DNA of 64,000 nt from Verrucomicrobiota bacterium (GCA_016871675.1 VHCN01000011.1:5413-69412), one strand, 5' to 3'; positions 25,902-35,388 are shown, counted from the stretch's first letter. Numbers and translations: made by a program. The notes: generated by a model from the letters alone, not told the origin.

Positions 25902-27047
25902 CTAGCGCAACTTGAGCGTGCTCAGCGCGACCACCGCGAAGAGCAAACCCACAATGTAAAAACGGGTGACGATTTGTGATTCATGCCATTGGAGCATTTG
26001 AAAGTGGTGGTGGAGCGGCGCCATTCGAAAGATCCGGCGGCCCTCGCCGAACTTGCGGCGCGTGTATCTGAACCAGCTCCGCTGCACCAGCACGGAGGCC
26101 GCCTCGATCACAAACACGCCGCCGGCAATCACCAGCACGAACGGCTGATGGATGAGCACCGCGATGATCCCGAGCACGCCGCCAATCGCCAGCGAACCCG
26201 TGTCGCCCATGAACACTTGCGCCGGGTGGCAGTTGAACCACAGGAATCCCAGCCCCGCGCCGACCAGCGCCGAGCAGAACACCGTCAACTCGCCCGCGCC
26301 CGCGACATACGGCACCGCGAGATACTTGGAGATGACCGCGTTGCCCGCGATGTAGGTGAACACGACGAACACCATCGTCACGATGACCGTGCAGCCGATC
26401 GCCAGTCCGTCGAGACCGTCCGTCAGGTTCACCGCGTTCGAGCTGCCCACGATCGCAAAGACCGTGATGAGCACGCCCGCGATCGCGTTGGTCATCAATT
26501 CGTTCTTCAGGAATGGCACCATCACCTTTGCCACGAGGTCGCGTGTCTCGGGCATGCGGAAAAGATAGAGCGCGATGAACAGCGCGAGGGAGAACTGCAC
26601 CACGAGCTTCACGCCCTCGGCCGCGCCGGCGGCGTTGCTCTTCGTGATCTTCAAGTAGTCGTCCCAGAAGCCCAGCGCCCCGAGCACGAGCATCGAGACC
26701 AGCGTGAGCACGATCAGCGCGTTCCATTGCGCCCACAGCAGCGCCGTCAAGTCCACGACCACCACGATCAACACGCCGCCCATCGTCGGCACGCCGACCT
26801 TGTCCGTCGTGCGCGTCCTGAGGTTGCCCAACTCCTGCGCGCGGTCCGCGTAATTCTGCCCGAACTTCTGCTCCTTCAGCCACGCGATGACCTTCGGGCC
26901 AAGCCACCAGCTCAACGCCAGCGCCGTGATCGCCGCGCCCGCGCTCCGCACCGTGATGTAGCGGAACACGCGCAACGGCGACAGCCAGTCGGCCCACACC
27001 GTGCCGTTCACGGCGTCCAGCAACCATTGGCTCAAGTAGTAGAACAT
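25902..27047 (-). CDS. mraY: phospho-N-acetylmuramoyl-pentapeptide transferase
   Basis: 381 aa. GVPTMGG, NAVNLTDGLDGLA, FMGDTGSLAIGG, APLHHHF. Confidence 0.95.
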   Translation of the reverse strand: MFYYLSQWLLDAVNGTVWADWLSPLRVFRYITVRSAGAAITALALSWWLGPKVIAWLKEQKFGQNYADRAQELGNLRTRTTDKVGVPTMGGVLIVVVVDLTALLWAQWNALIVLTLVSMLVLGALGFWDDYLKITKSNAAGAAEGVKLVVQFSLALFIALYLFRMPETRDLVAKVMVPFLKNELMTNAIAGVLITVFAIVGSSNAVNLTDGLDGLAIGCTVIVTMVFVVFTYIAGNAVISKYLAVPYVAGAGELTVFCSALVGAGLGFLWFNCHPAQVFMGDTGSLAIGGVLGIIAVLIHQPFVLVIAGGVFVIEAASVLVQRSWFRYTRRKFGEGRRIFRMAPLHHHFQMLQWHESQIVTRFYIVGLLFAVVALSTLKLR

Positions 27048-27064
27048 TCGTCATCGCTCGGGGT

Positions 27065-28450
27065 TCAGTCCCGGTCCGCCTTCAGCACCGCGGACACGCG
27101 CTCGAGGCGGGTCGCGCGCGACGCCTTCAGCAACACGCGGTCGCCCGGCTTCACCTCGGCACGGACGGCTTGCGCGGCGTCAGGAACATTTTCAAACACG
27201 AACACGTTTTTCAGCCCGGCGGACTTCGCGGCTTCGGCCATCACGGCGGCCCACTTGCCGGTGGTGAACAGCACGCGAACCCCGAGTTCAGCGGCTCCAC
27301 GTCCGACCTCGGCGTGGGCCGCGGCGCTGTGCGCGCCCAACTCGGCCATGTCCCCGAGCACGGCCACGCGGCGCCCCGCGCACGGCATTTCGCGCAGCGT
27401 CCGCAACGCCGCGAGCATCGAGTCCGCGTTCGCATTGTAGGAATCGTCGAGCACCGTGATGTCGCCGGCTTTCCAAGTCTCGAGCCGCATGTTCAGCGGC
27501 GCGCAATGCTCGAGCGCATGCCGCGCCTGCGCCGCGGTCACGCCCAACTCCGCGCCGATGGCAATGGCGAAAAGGGCGTTGATGACCTGATGCCGCCCGT
27601 GCAGCCCGAACCGCCAGTCGCCGTTGAATCCAGCTTGTGCCGACTTCACCGCGAAGACTGTCCCGCCTTCCTCAAGCCGCACATTCTCCGCGCGCCAGTC
27701 GTTGCGCGCATCGAATCCGGCGCGCACGACGCGGCACTTGGCGCGGGCCGTGATCGCGTCCATGCCGGGGTTGTCGCCGTGCACGAACAGCGTGCCGTCC
27801 GGGGGCAGCAACTCAGCGAGCGCGCCCTCCTCGCGCGCGACACCGTCGAGGTCGCCGAAGAATTCCAGGTGCTCCCGGCCGAGGCTTGTGACCACGCCGA
27901 GGCGCGGCCGGATCATCGCCACCAGGGGCGCGAGTTCGCCGGGATGGTTCGTGCCGACTTCAAACACGGCCGCGGTGTGGGACGATTCGAGCTGCAGCAG
28001 CGTCGCCGGCACGCCGATGTCGTTGTTGAAACTCGCGAGGCTCGCGAGCGTCTTGAACTTCTCGCGCAGCACCGCGGCGATGAGTTCCTTGGTGGTGGTC
28101 TTTCCGTTGGAGCCGCCGACCGCGACGACAGGCAGCGCGAAATCCTGACGGTAGCGTGCCGCAAGCCGGCCGTAAGCGTGGCGTGTGTCTTCGACGGCGA
28201 TCACGGCGGCGCTTCCTGCCGCGGCGGAATCCCTCGACTTTGCGATGATGACCGCGGAAGCGCCCTTCGCCGCGGCCTCGGCAAGAAACGTGTGGCCGTC
28301 CATCGCAGGACCTGCGATCGCGAGAAAGATGTCGCCCGGCCGCACACGGCGGGAATCGGTGCAGATGTGCCGGGCAAGCCCGCTTCCGATGCCTCGCAGC
28401 AGTTCTCCCCCGCAGGCGTCCGCGATGTAGTTCAACGTGCGTGGGTCCAT
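27065..28450 (-). CDS. murF: UDP-N-acetylmuramoyl-tripeptide--D-alanyl-D-alanine ligase
   Basis: AVGGSNGKTTTKE, FEVGTNHPGE, DDSYNAN. Confidence 0.9.
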   Translation of the reverse strand: MDPRTLNYIADACGGELLRGIGSGLARHICTDSRRVRPGDIFLAIAGPAMDGHTFLAEAAAKGASAVIIAKSRDSAAAGSAAVIAVEDTRHAYGRLAARYRQDFALPVVAVGGSNGKTTTKELIAAVLREKFKTLASLASFNNDIGVPATLLQLESSHTAAVFEVGTNHPGELAPLVAMIRPRLGVVTSLGREHLEFFGDLDGVAREEGALAELLPPDGTLFVHGDNPGMDAITARAKCRVVRAGFDARNDWRAENVRLEEGGTVFAVKSAQAGFNGDWRFGLHGRHQVINALFAIAIGAELGVTAAQARHALEHCAPLNMRLETWKAGDITVLDDSYNANADSMLAALRTLREMPCAGRRVAVLGDMAELGAHSAAAHAEVGRGAAELGVRVLFTTGKWAAVMAEAAKSAGLKNVFVFENVPDAAQAVRAEVKPGDRVLLKASRATRLERVSAVLKADRD

Positions 28451-29191
28451 TTACTTGAGCGAGAAAGTCGCTGTGACAACCGCAGTGACGGTTTTTTCGA
28501 GCGAGGTTGTGTCGTTCATCCCTTCCCAACTGGTCTGCGAGGAATGCAACGGTGTGATCTGAAACACGCCCATCCTGGCGGATTGCAAGCCGCCGATTCG
28601 GCTGCCGCCCTGTTGCGCGATGAGCGCGGCGCGGGCGCGGGCGTCTTTCGTCGCCTCCCCGAGCATTTCGATCTTCGTCTCGCCGGCCTTCGTGTAGATG
28701 AATTGCGGCGTGGCGGCGGTGAAGAGCACCCCCTGGCCGACGAGTGACGCGGACTCTCGGTCCATCTGCATCACCCGGTCCAAATCGGTGGAACGGATTT
28801 CGACGGGCTGCGTCAACCGGTAGCTGAAGGTGCGCTCGTCGAAATTACCCTTGGTGTCGCGAAACTCGCGGCCGCGGACTTCCTCGATCTTGATGGGCTG
28901 GAAGACCGCGTCGGTGACGCCTCGCGATTGCAGAAACGCAAGCACCTTCGCGGAGTCGGCCTTCAACGCGGTCTGCGCCTCGATCAGGGACTTGGCCTCG
29001 GAGAGGAACGAGGCTTTCCACACGATGAGGTCGGCGCGGATGTTTTTGCGGGCGGAACCCGTAACCGCGATCGAGTGCGTCTCGTGAATCTTGATCCAGG
29101 CGCGCGTCGCGATCATCGCCGAGAGGACGAGCCCCGCGGCGAGGGCAAGACCGGCGACGACACCGAAGAGATGGGAGCGGGGTTCCGTCAT
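28451..29191 (-). CDS. membrane-anchored SIMPL (DUF541) domain protein
   Basis: Internal ATG 29191 overlaps the murE stop (ATGA), and its TAA stop abuts the murF ATG (0-nt gap). An N-terminal TM (LFGVVAGLALAAGLVLSAMIA) is followed by I.VTGSA...V.AD.......... and a SIMPL-like C-terminus ...V.V.ATFSL. Confidence 0.75.
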   Translation of the reverse strand: MTEPRSHLFGVVAGLALAAGLVLSAMIATRAWIKIHETHSIAVTGSARKNIRADLIVWKASFLSEAKSLIEAQTALKADSAKVLAFLQSRGVTDAVFQPIKIEEVRGREFRDTKGNFDERTFSYRLTQPVEIRSTDLDRVMQMDRESASLVGQGVLFTAATPQFIYTKAGETKIEMLGEATKDARARAALIAQQGGSRIGGLQSARMGVFQITPLHSSQTSWEGMNDTTSLEKTVTAVVTATFSLK

Positions 29192-30675
29192 CGGGTTCCT
29201 TTCGCGCCGAGGGTTTCGAGGGCTTCGCGCGCGTGCAGCCTGTCGTCGAACGGGGCGACCGTCCCCTGGATCTCCTGATAGGTCTCGTGGCCTTTGCCGG
29301 CGATGAGGACTGTGTCGCCGGGTCGGGCCATCGCGAGCACCTGGTCGATGGCGCGGCGCCGGTCGAGTTCGACGTGGTAACCATCCGCGCGCGCGGCGTG
29401 CCAGCCCTCCTGAATGGCGACGGCGATGGCGGCGGGCGGCTCGTTGCGCGGATTGTCGCTTGTGATGATGCAGGCGTCGCTGAGCTGCGCGGCGACTTTG
29501 CCCATCCTGGCGCGTTTGCCCGTGTCGCGGTTGCCCCCGCAGCCGAACGCGAGCAATAGACGGCCCGTGGTGACGTCGCGCAACGCCGTGAGCACGTTGC
29601 GCAGCGCGTCGTCCGTGTGGGCGTAATCCACAAACACGGCGAACGGCTGCGCGCACTCGACGGGCTCCAGCCGGCCGGGCGCGGCGCGCATCGAGCGGAG
29701 CGCCTTGAGCACGGCGGCCGTCGGGACGTCGAGCGCGAGCGCTCCGCCGACCGCGGCGAGCGCGTTGTAAACATTGTGCCGGCCGATGAGTGGCATGCGG
29801 ACAGGGTGCGCGGCGCCGTTCGCGTGCAGTTCGAACGCCGTGTCTGCGCGGCCGAGCCGGATGTTTGCCGCACGAATGTCTGCACGGTTCGACAGGCCAA
29901 ATCCCAGCGTCGCCGGGGCGTTGGTCTCCCGTGCGATTCGCGCGCCGAACGGATCATCCACGTTCGTCACGCACACGCCGCGCTTGGCGCCGTGCGGCCA
30001 TCCGGTGAAGAGCCGCAGCTTGGCGGCGAAGTAGTCCTCCATCGTCCGGTGGTAATCGAGGTGGTCCCGCGTGAGGTTGGTGAAGATGCCCACGTCGAAC
30101 TCGGCGCCGGCCACGCGTTGCTGGTCGAGCGCATGCGAGCTGACTTCCATGACGCACGCGCCGCATCCGGCGCGGAGCATCTGAGCCATCATGTCCTGCA
30201 ACTCGAGCGATTCAGGCGTGGTGCGCGGCGCAGGCAGGATGCGCCCGCCGATTTCGTAACCGACCGTGCCGAGCAGACCGGTGCGCACACCCGATGCCTC
30301 GAGCATTTGCTTGAGCATGAAGGTGACGGTGGTCTTGCCGTTGGTGCCGGTGACGCCCGCGACCTTGAGCCTGCAGCTCGGGCGACCAAAATACGCAAGC
30401 GACGCGCAAGCGAGGGCGGCACGGGAATCACTGACGATGATTTTAGCCGTGCGCGTGGTCGCGAAACCGTTGCGCTCGCAGACAACCGCCGCCGCGCCGC
30501 GAGCCACCGCCGGGGCGATGAAGTCGTGGCCGTCCACGTTTGCACCCTTCATGGCGACGAACACCATGCCCGGGGTGACGCGACGCGAGTCGTAGGTGAT
30601 GCCGGAGATTTCCAAATCCAGCGGGCCCTCGACTTTCGTCGGGGCGAGTTGGGCGGCGAGTTCCCGGACTTGCAT
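29188..30675 (-). CDS. murE: UDP-N-acetylmuramoyl-L-alanyl-D-glutamate--2,6-diaminopimelate ligase
   Basis: VTGTNGKTTVT, EVSSHALDQ, and DNPR near the C-terminus. Confidence 0.92.
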   Translation of the reverse strand: MQVRELAAQLAPTKVEGPLDLEISGITYDSRRVTPGMVFVAMKGANVDGHDFIAPAVARGAAAVVCERNGFATTRTAKIIVSDSRAALACASLAYFGRPSCRLKVAGVTGTNGKTTVTFMLKQMLEASGVRTGLLGTVGYEIGGRILPAPRTTPESLELQDMMAQMLRAGCGACVMEVSSHALDQQRVAGAEFDVGIFTNLTRDHLDYHRTMEDYFAAKLRLFTGWPHGAKRGVCVTNVDDPFGARIARETNAPATLGFGLSNRADIRAANIRLGRADTAFELHANGAAHPVRMPLIGRHNVYNALAAVGGALALDVPTAAVLKALRSMRAAPGRLEPVECAQPFAVFVDYAHTDDALRNVLTALRDVTTGRLLLAFGCGGNRDTGKRARMGKVAAQLSDACIITSDNPRNEPPAAIAVAIQEGWHAARADGYHVELDRRRAIDQVLAMARPGDTVLIAGKGHETYQEIQGTVAPFDDRLHAREALETLGAKGTR

Positions 30676-30677
30676 GG

Positions 30678-32588
30678 CTAGTTGGCGCGGGCAGGGCGCG
30701 CAGGTGTCCGGCCCGAGACCACCATCGGTTGCGCGGGCGCGTGGTCGGGCCGGATGTTCAGGTAATTGGCGGCGCGCTCGGCGATGCCCTTGAAGACCGG
30801 TGCCGCGACGATCCCGCCGTAGTAACCGCCGGTGTGCGGTTCATCGAAGATCACCGCGATGCAGAGCTCCGGGTTGTCGGCGGGGAAGTAGCCGATGAAG
30901 CTGCTGAAGTATTTGCCGGGCATGTAGCCGTTGCGCCCGGCCTTCTGCGCCGTGCCGGTCTTTCCCGCGACAATGTAGTAATCGAGCCGGGCCTTGAGCG
31001 CGGTGCCGTTGGTGGAGACCACGACCTTGAGGGCCTGGGTCATGAGCTTGGCCGTCTCGGGAGAGATGGCCTGACGAATGATCTGCGGCTGGATCTTCAT
31101 GACGACCTGGCCGCGGTCACCCTCGAAGCGATCCACGAGCATCGGGCGCATGAGCTTGCCGCCATTCGCGATCGTGGCAAACGCCATGCACATCTGCAGC
31201 GGCGTTACAGCCACCTCGTGGCCCATCGGCACGCGCGAGATGGAGAGCGGTGTCCAGTCCTTGATCGGGTGCACGATGCCCCATTGTTCGCCCCGGAGTG
31301 GAATGCCGCTCTGGCTGCCAAAGCCAAAGCCGCGAATGGAGGCGTGCAGGCTCTCCTGTCCGAGTTTGATGCCGATCTTCGCCGCGCCGATGTTCGAGGA
31401 CTTGGCGATGATCTGCTCGACGGAAATCACGCCGTAGCCGCGCGACTCGTGCTCGTGAAGCCACTTGCCGGCGTAGAAGAACTTGTTGTTCGCGCAATCG
31501 ATGGTCTCCGAGAGCGTGACGCGCTGCGCGTCGAGCGCCGCGGCGATTGTGACCGCCTTGAACGTGCTGCCGGGTTCCATGATGTCTGTGATGAGCCGGT
31601 TGCGGCGATTCTCGGCTGGCCCGTCGCCCGGGCGGTTCGGGTCGTAGTCGGGCATCGTTGCCATCGCAAGGATTTCGCCCGTGCGCGGGCGGACCATGAT
31701 GGCGTGCGCGGCCACGGGATCGTGCCGCTTGACGCCGGCGGCGAGTTCGGACTCGAGGATGTGCTGGAGGCCGGAGTCGACGGTGAGCACCACGTTGTAT
31801 CCGTTGCGCGGCTCGACGTCCTGCTGGCGCATCGTCACGACTTCCTGCCCTCGGCGTGTCTCCGCGGTCTGCACCCAGCCGCGAACACCGTTCAGCCTGG
31901 AGTCGAGCGCGAGTTCGATGCCGTCCATCCCCACATAGTCGGTGTAAGTGCGGTTGTTGAACTTGCGCTCGGCTGTGCCGGTGTAGCCGAGGATATGCGA
32001 GGCAAGGGTACGGTTCGGATACTCGCGCAGCTGGAGGTCGGGTTGTTCGGCGTAAATCGCCCTGTGTCGGATCGCGACGAACGCCTGCCGCTGGGCTTTG
32101 GGAAGCTTGCGCTCGGCCTTCTCATCGTAGCCAAAGTCGAGCGTGGCCATCGCCGCAGTCAGACTCTTCCACGACTCGAGCGGGACTTTTTTCTTGAGCG
32201 AGACCCAGCGATTGGTGACGACGACGCCGGAGTCATCAAGCTGCGAGACGGGCGTGAGCTTGCGGACGAGTTCAGCCTCCGGGATTCGCAAGTGCGGGGC
32301 GAGGACGCGCGCGACGTCGGCGGCGCGGTCGCCAATGAGCGAGGGATTGGCGACGACGTGCTTCACAACGTGACTCGTGGCGAGCAGGTTGCCCTTGATG
32401 TCGCGGATGTCGCCGCGGCGCGGTTCGATGGAGTGTGTGCGACGTGTGTTGACCTCGGCGAGTTCACGCAATTCGCCGTGCCGGAGCACTTGAAGCTCAA
32501 CCAACCGGAAGCCGAGTCCGCAGAATCCCAGCACCAGCAGCGAGGCCAGGAAAATCAGCCGACCGGACGAGGACATGAGGTGCTTCAT
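30678..32588 (-). CDS. ftsI: peptidoglycan D,D-transpeptidase FtsI (class B PBP)
   Basis: TM LIFLASLLVLGFCGLGF, PBP dimerisation region, STFK, SSN, KTGTA. Start ATG 32588; alternatives are 32576 and the ORF-track start 32711. Confidence 0.9.
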   Translation of the reverse strand: MKHLMSSSGRLIFLASLLVLGFCGLGFRLVELQVLRHGELRELAEVNTRRTHSIEPRRGDIRDIKGNLLATSHVVKHVVANPSLIGDRAADVARVLAPHLRIPEAELVRKLTPVSQLDDSGVVVTNRWVSLKKKVPLESWKSLTAAMATLDFGYDEKAERKLPKAQRQAFVAIRHRAIYAEQPDLQLREYPNRTLASHILGYTGTAERKFNNRTYTDYVGMDGIELALDSRLNGVRGWVQTAETRRGQEVVTMRQQDVEPRNGYNVVLTVDSGLQHILESELAAGVKRHDPVAAHAIMVRPRTGEILAMATMPDYDPNRPGDGPAENRRNRLITDIMEPGSTFKAVTIAAALDAQRVTLSETIDCANNKFFYAGKWLHEHESRGYGVISVEQIIAKSSNIGAAKIGIKLGQESLHASIRGFGFGSQSGIPLRGEQWGIVHPIKDWTPLSISRVPMGHEVAVTPLQMCMAFATIANGGKLMRPMLVDRFEGDRGQVVMKIQPQIIRQAISPETAKLMTQALKVVVSTNGTALKARLDYYIVAGKTGTAQKAGRNGYMPGKYFSSFIGYFPADNPELCIAVIFDEPHTGGYYGGIVAAPVFKGIAERAANYLNIRPDHAPAQPMVVSGRTPARPARAN

Positions 32589-32803
32589 GCGGCAAAGGCA
32601 AGAATGTCGTCGGGCGCGAAGCCTGTCGCGAGTGACCGGCAGTCGACGGGGCACGAAGACGGCTCGTGCGCGCGCGACGGACCGGACAATACGTGAAAAC
32701 TCCAACCCCATGCGAATCCACCGGGCACATGGGCGAACGGCTTGGCGTCCTGCGGCGCGCCATCGTCTTCAGGCAATTGCGGGTTCATGGATTTCGTGTG
32801 TCA

Positions 32804-33175
32804 TCATCGGCGCTGAGCCGCGGCGACGAGGTGTTTTGAAGACTGCGATGTCGCAGCGGCAGGCAACGACTCGATGAGCGTGATGATCTGCCCGGGCAGA
32901 GGAGGAACGAGCCCGAGGTTGAGTTCCTTGACGCGCTGATCGAGCACGGCGGGTGACCGCAAGTAGTCGAGTTGGTCGCGGCGAATCTTGTTCTGGCGAC
33001 GGATTTCGGCGAGACGGATTTCGTTGTTCTTGATCTGCTTTCCGAGGTCGAGGATTTGGGACTTCTGCCAAACGTAACCGACCGATGCAGCGCCGAAGAC
33101 GATGATGAGCGTGACGATCGCCGCCGCGGCGCTGAGCGAGAATCCGCTGGAGGGGTTCTTTCGGTTTCTGGACAT
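32804..33175 (-). CDS. ftsL: FtsL-like cell division protein
   Basis: 123 aa from internal ATG 33175. One TM (AAAAIVTLIIVFGAASVGYVW) plus a coiled-coil. Lies between rsmH and ftsI. Confidence 0.6.
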   Translation of the reverse strand: MSRNRKNPSSGFSLSAAAAIVTLIIVFGAASVGYVWQKSQILDLGKQIKNNEIRLAEIRRQNKIRRDQLDYLRSPAVLDQRVKELNLGLVPPLPGQIITLIESLPAAATSQSSKHLVAAAQRR

Positions 33176-33194
33176 GGCAAAGGTATGTTGGCGG

Positions 33195-34124
33195 CTAGAG
33201 CTTCTCGAACACTCGAAGTTGGGCGCTCCGAGCGCGCGGGTTGGCGGCGATCTCGGCGGCATCTGGCACCACCGGCTTGCGTGTGAGCACCCGGAGCAGG
33301 GGCTGGCGCGCCTGGCGCAATTCGGGAATGTCCTCCGCACCCGGCACGGAATAGTCGCGGGCCGCGTCGCGGCCAAAGTTCTTGGTGATCCTGTCTTCGA
33401 TGGAATGGAACGTGATCACGGCCAGACGGCCGCCGGGGGCGAGAATCTCGAGCGCAGCCGCGAGGCCCGACCGCAGCGAGGCCAGTTCGTCATTCACGGC
33501 CATGCGCAGCGCCTGAAACACCCTGGTCGCGGGATGCGACCTGCTGCCGCAGCGGGGGTTGATGCGCTCGACTAGTCTCGCGAGTTGCCCGGTGGTCTCA
33601 AAGGTATGGGATTGACGTTCGCTCTCGATGGCTCGGGCGATGCGACGGGCGTGCGGTTCGTCCGAGAAGTCCGCGAACATGCGCGCGAGTTCCGCGGCGC
33701 TCGCAGTATTGCAGAGCGTCGCGGCCGTCATCGGCGAATTGCAGTCCATTCTCATGTCCAAGGGCCCGTCGTTCTGAAAACTGAACCCGCGGGCTGGCGA
33801 ATCCAGTTGGGCCGAGCTGACCCCGAGATCCAGCAGCATCCCGCCGCACGACCCCGGCTGGATCCACTGGGCCAGCCCGGCGAAATTCATCCTTTGCAGC
33901 TCGAACCTCCCGGTAAATGGTTCGAGTCGGCGCGACGCGATCTCAAGCGCGGCGCCATCGAGATCGCATCCAAGAAGCAGCCCATCCGGCGCGCTGGCCA
34001 TCAACAGCGCCGACGCGTGTCCACCCAAACCGATCGTTCCGTCGACGAGGCGGCTGCCCGCCCGCGGCCGCAGGGCCTCGAGCACTTGCGGCAACAGCAC
34101 TGGCTTGTGAGTGAGTTCCGTCAC
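33195..34124 (-). CDS. rsmH: 16S rRNA (cytosine1402-N4)-methyltransferase
   Basis: HKPVLL.EVLEAL, DGTIGLGGHA, DLGVSS.QLD...RGFSF. GTG start. Confidence 0.93.
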   Translation of the reverse strand: MTELTHKPVLLPQVLEALRPRAGSRLVDGTIGLGGHASALLMASAPDGLLLGCDLDGAALEIASRRLEPFTGRFELQRMNFAGLAQWIQPGSCGGMLLDLGVSSAQLDSPARGFSFQNDGPLDMRMDCNSPMTAATLCNTASAAELARMFADFSDEPHARRIARAIESERQSHTFETTGQLARLVERINPRCGSRSHPATRVFQALRMAVNDELASLRSGLAAALEILAPGGRLAVITFHSIEDRITKNFGRDAARDYSVPGAEDIPELRQARQPLLRVLTRKPVVPDAAEIAANPRARSAQLRVFEKL

Positions 34125-34139
34125 TTCTCATGGCCAAAG

Positions 34140-34724
34140 TTAGAACCAGGCAAAACACGCCGATACCATCCGTGACAACTTCCGGCTCTGAACGAATCGG
34201 GCCACTGACCTGCTGGATGCGTCCACACCGGGGCCGACTGGCTTGCAGCGAGAACCGGCAGTGGTTTTCACGGGAAGGACTTCCAGGTCCGAGTCCCGAA
34301 GGTCATTCCGAACTACCTTCAACTTGTTGAGCCATGGTTCGAAGGTTTGGTCAGGTTTCTGGCGCTTTCCGATTTTGGCGAGTGCCGCAAGTTGAGCGAG
34401 CTTTGCCACAAATGGCGGTTTCGGCTTTCGCTTGCGCTCCCCGGCAGTTAGGAGTGGTTCCGCGAGCCGGGCGGTGACGGGGATTGAACGAATCGTGCCA
34501 CTTCGTTTGAGTGTTCGCTTCGATCCGATTGTATCTGCTTGGTGCATAATAGCTTTTGATTCTGTCCTTCCAGTCGAACCTACTTCTGGACTGGCTCCGG
34601 CCGCGGCGGGTGCATCCGCCACGGCCGGTTGGCCATTCCAAGCAACTGTCTCTGCCTCAGTCATTTCCGACAGTGGCAGCGTCGCTTTCCCCAGTTCCCC
34701 GTCGCCTTTCGGATCGGGGAGCAA
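34140..34724 (-). CDS. hypothetical protein (orf194) between mraZ and rsmH; coding status uncertain
   Basis: The longest ORF in an 830-bp low-GC spacer. Its stop lies 15 nt before the rsmH start. Basic, with no TM and no motif I recognise. Codon usage is unlike the neighbouring genes. Confidence 0.35.
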   Translation of the reverse strand: MLPDPKGDGELGKATLPLSEMTEAETVAWNGQPAVADAPAAAGASPEVGSTGRTESKAIMHQADTIGSKRTLKRSGTIRSIPVTARLAEPLLTAGERKRKPKPPFVAKLAQLAALAKIGKRQKPDQTFEPWLNKLKVVRNDLRDSDLEVLPVKTTAGSRCKPVGPGVDASSRSVARFVQSRKLSRMVSACFAWF

Positions 34725-34953
34725 TTGTTGGCTCTGCCCTGCGCGCCATCCCGCACCTTCCTTTGGAACGGATTGGCGGGGTTCCCGACTTTCTTACTTG
34801 AACCGACTTTCAATGAACTAACAGGCCCAATCGAACGAGCTGTCTCGTTAAAGTTTGGAACCAAGTTGGCCTTGGTAACCTTATACTTTGTCCGTCCATC
34901 GCGAATGCCGACCAATCCCTTCCCCGCCTACAGGAGTTTCATCAGGCCCATAA

Positions 34954-35388
34954 TCAGCCCAGATATCGGTTCGCATCCGGCGCAACACTCTGATCATCTG
35001 ATGCCACTGGGAGGTATCGCTCCGGGTTCCAAATCTCGAATCGGTCGAGCAAGCTCACCAGCTTCGCCGAGTTTACGATTCCAGCCTTCTCCGATAGTCC
35101 GGTTGGTAGGCAAATCCTCCCGTTCTTGTCGAGTGTTACGCGGCTCGAGTTCGCGCCGATGTAGCGCTTGAGTTGGGCCTTCCTTGGATTGTCATTCGGC
35201 AGGGCGTTAATCTCCTTAAGCAAGTGATCTAGCTTGGCGGGCGTGAGCACTCGAATGCAAAAGCCCGCTGGATATTCCCACGGTAGGAGGATGAATTTGG
35301 CATTCGGGCCGGTCGGCCTCCAGTCGGCCGGAATCTGCAACCGCCGCTGCAAGTCGACCCCATGGTCGAATTCACCGTGGAAGCTCAT
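34954..35388 (-). CDS. mraZ: transcriptional regulator MraZ
   Basis: Two SpoVT/AbrB-like halves (MSFHGEFDHGVDLQRRLQIPADWR; VTLDKNGRICLPTGL). The ORF-track start 35421 would add 11 aa. Confidence 0.85.
   Translation of the reverse strand: MSFHGEFDHGVDLQRRLQIPADWRPTGPNAKFILLPWEYPAGFCIRVLTPAKLDHLLKEINALPNDNPRKAQLKRYIGANSSRVTLDKNGRICLPTGLSEKAGIVNSAKLVSLLDRFEIWNPERYLPVASDDQSVAPDANRYLG

Noticed and set aside
25714-25902. 62-aa minus-strand ORF filling the mraY-murD spacer
   Set aside because: It is composed of the GGGCACGAA repeat and palindromes (MGTKGHE...) with no start context, so it was treated as a repeat element.
34629-35171. Plus-strand 180-aa ORF and minus-strand 84-aa ORF (34661..34915) in the mraZ-rsmH region
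   Set aside because: The plus ORF runs antisense across the mraZ 3' end. The 84-aa ORF overlaps orf194's 5' end and the spacer, with no motifs or coupling signals. Neither is better supported than orf194, which is itself doubtful.
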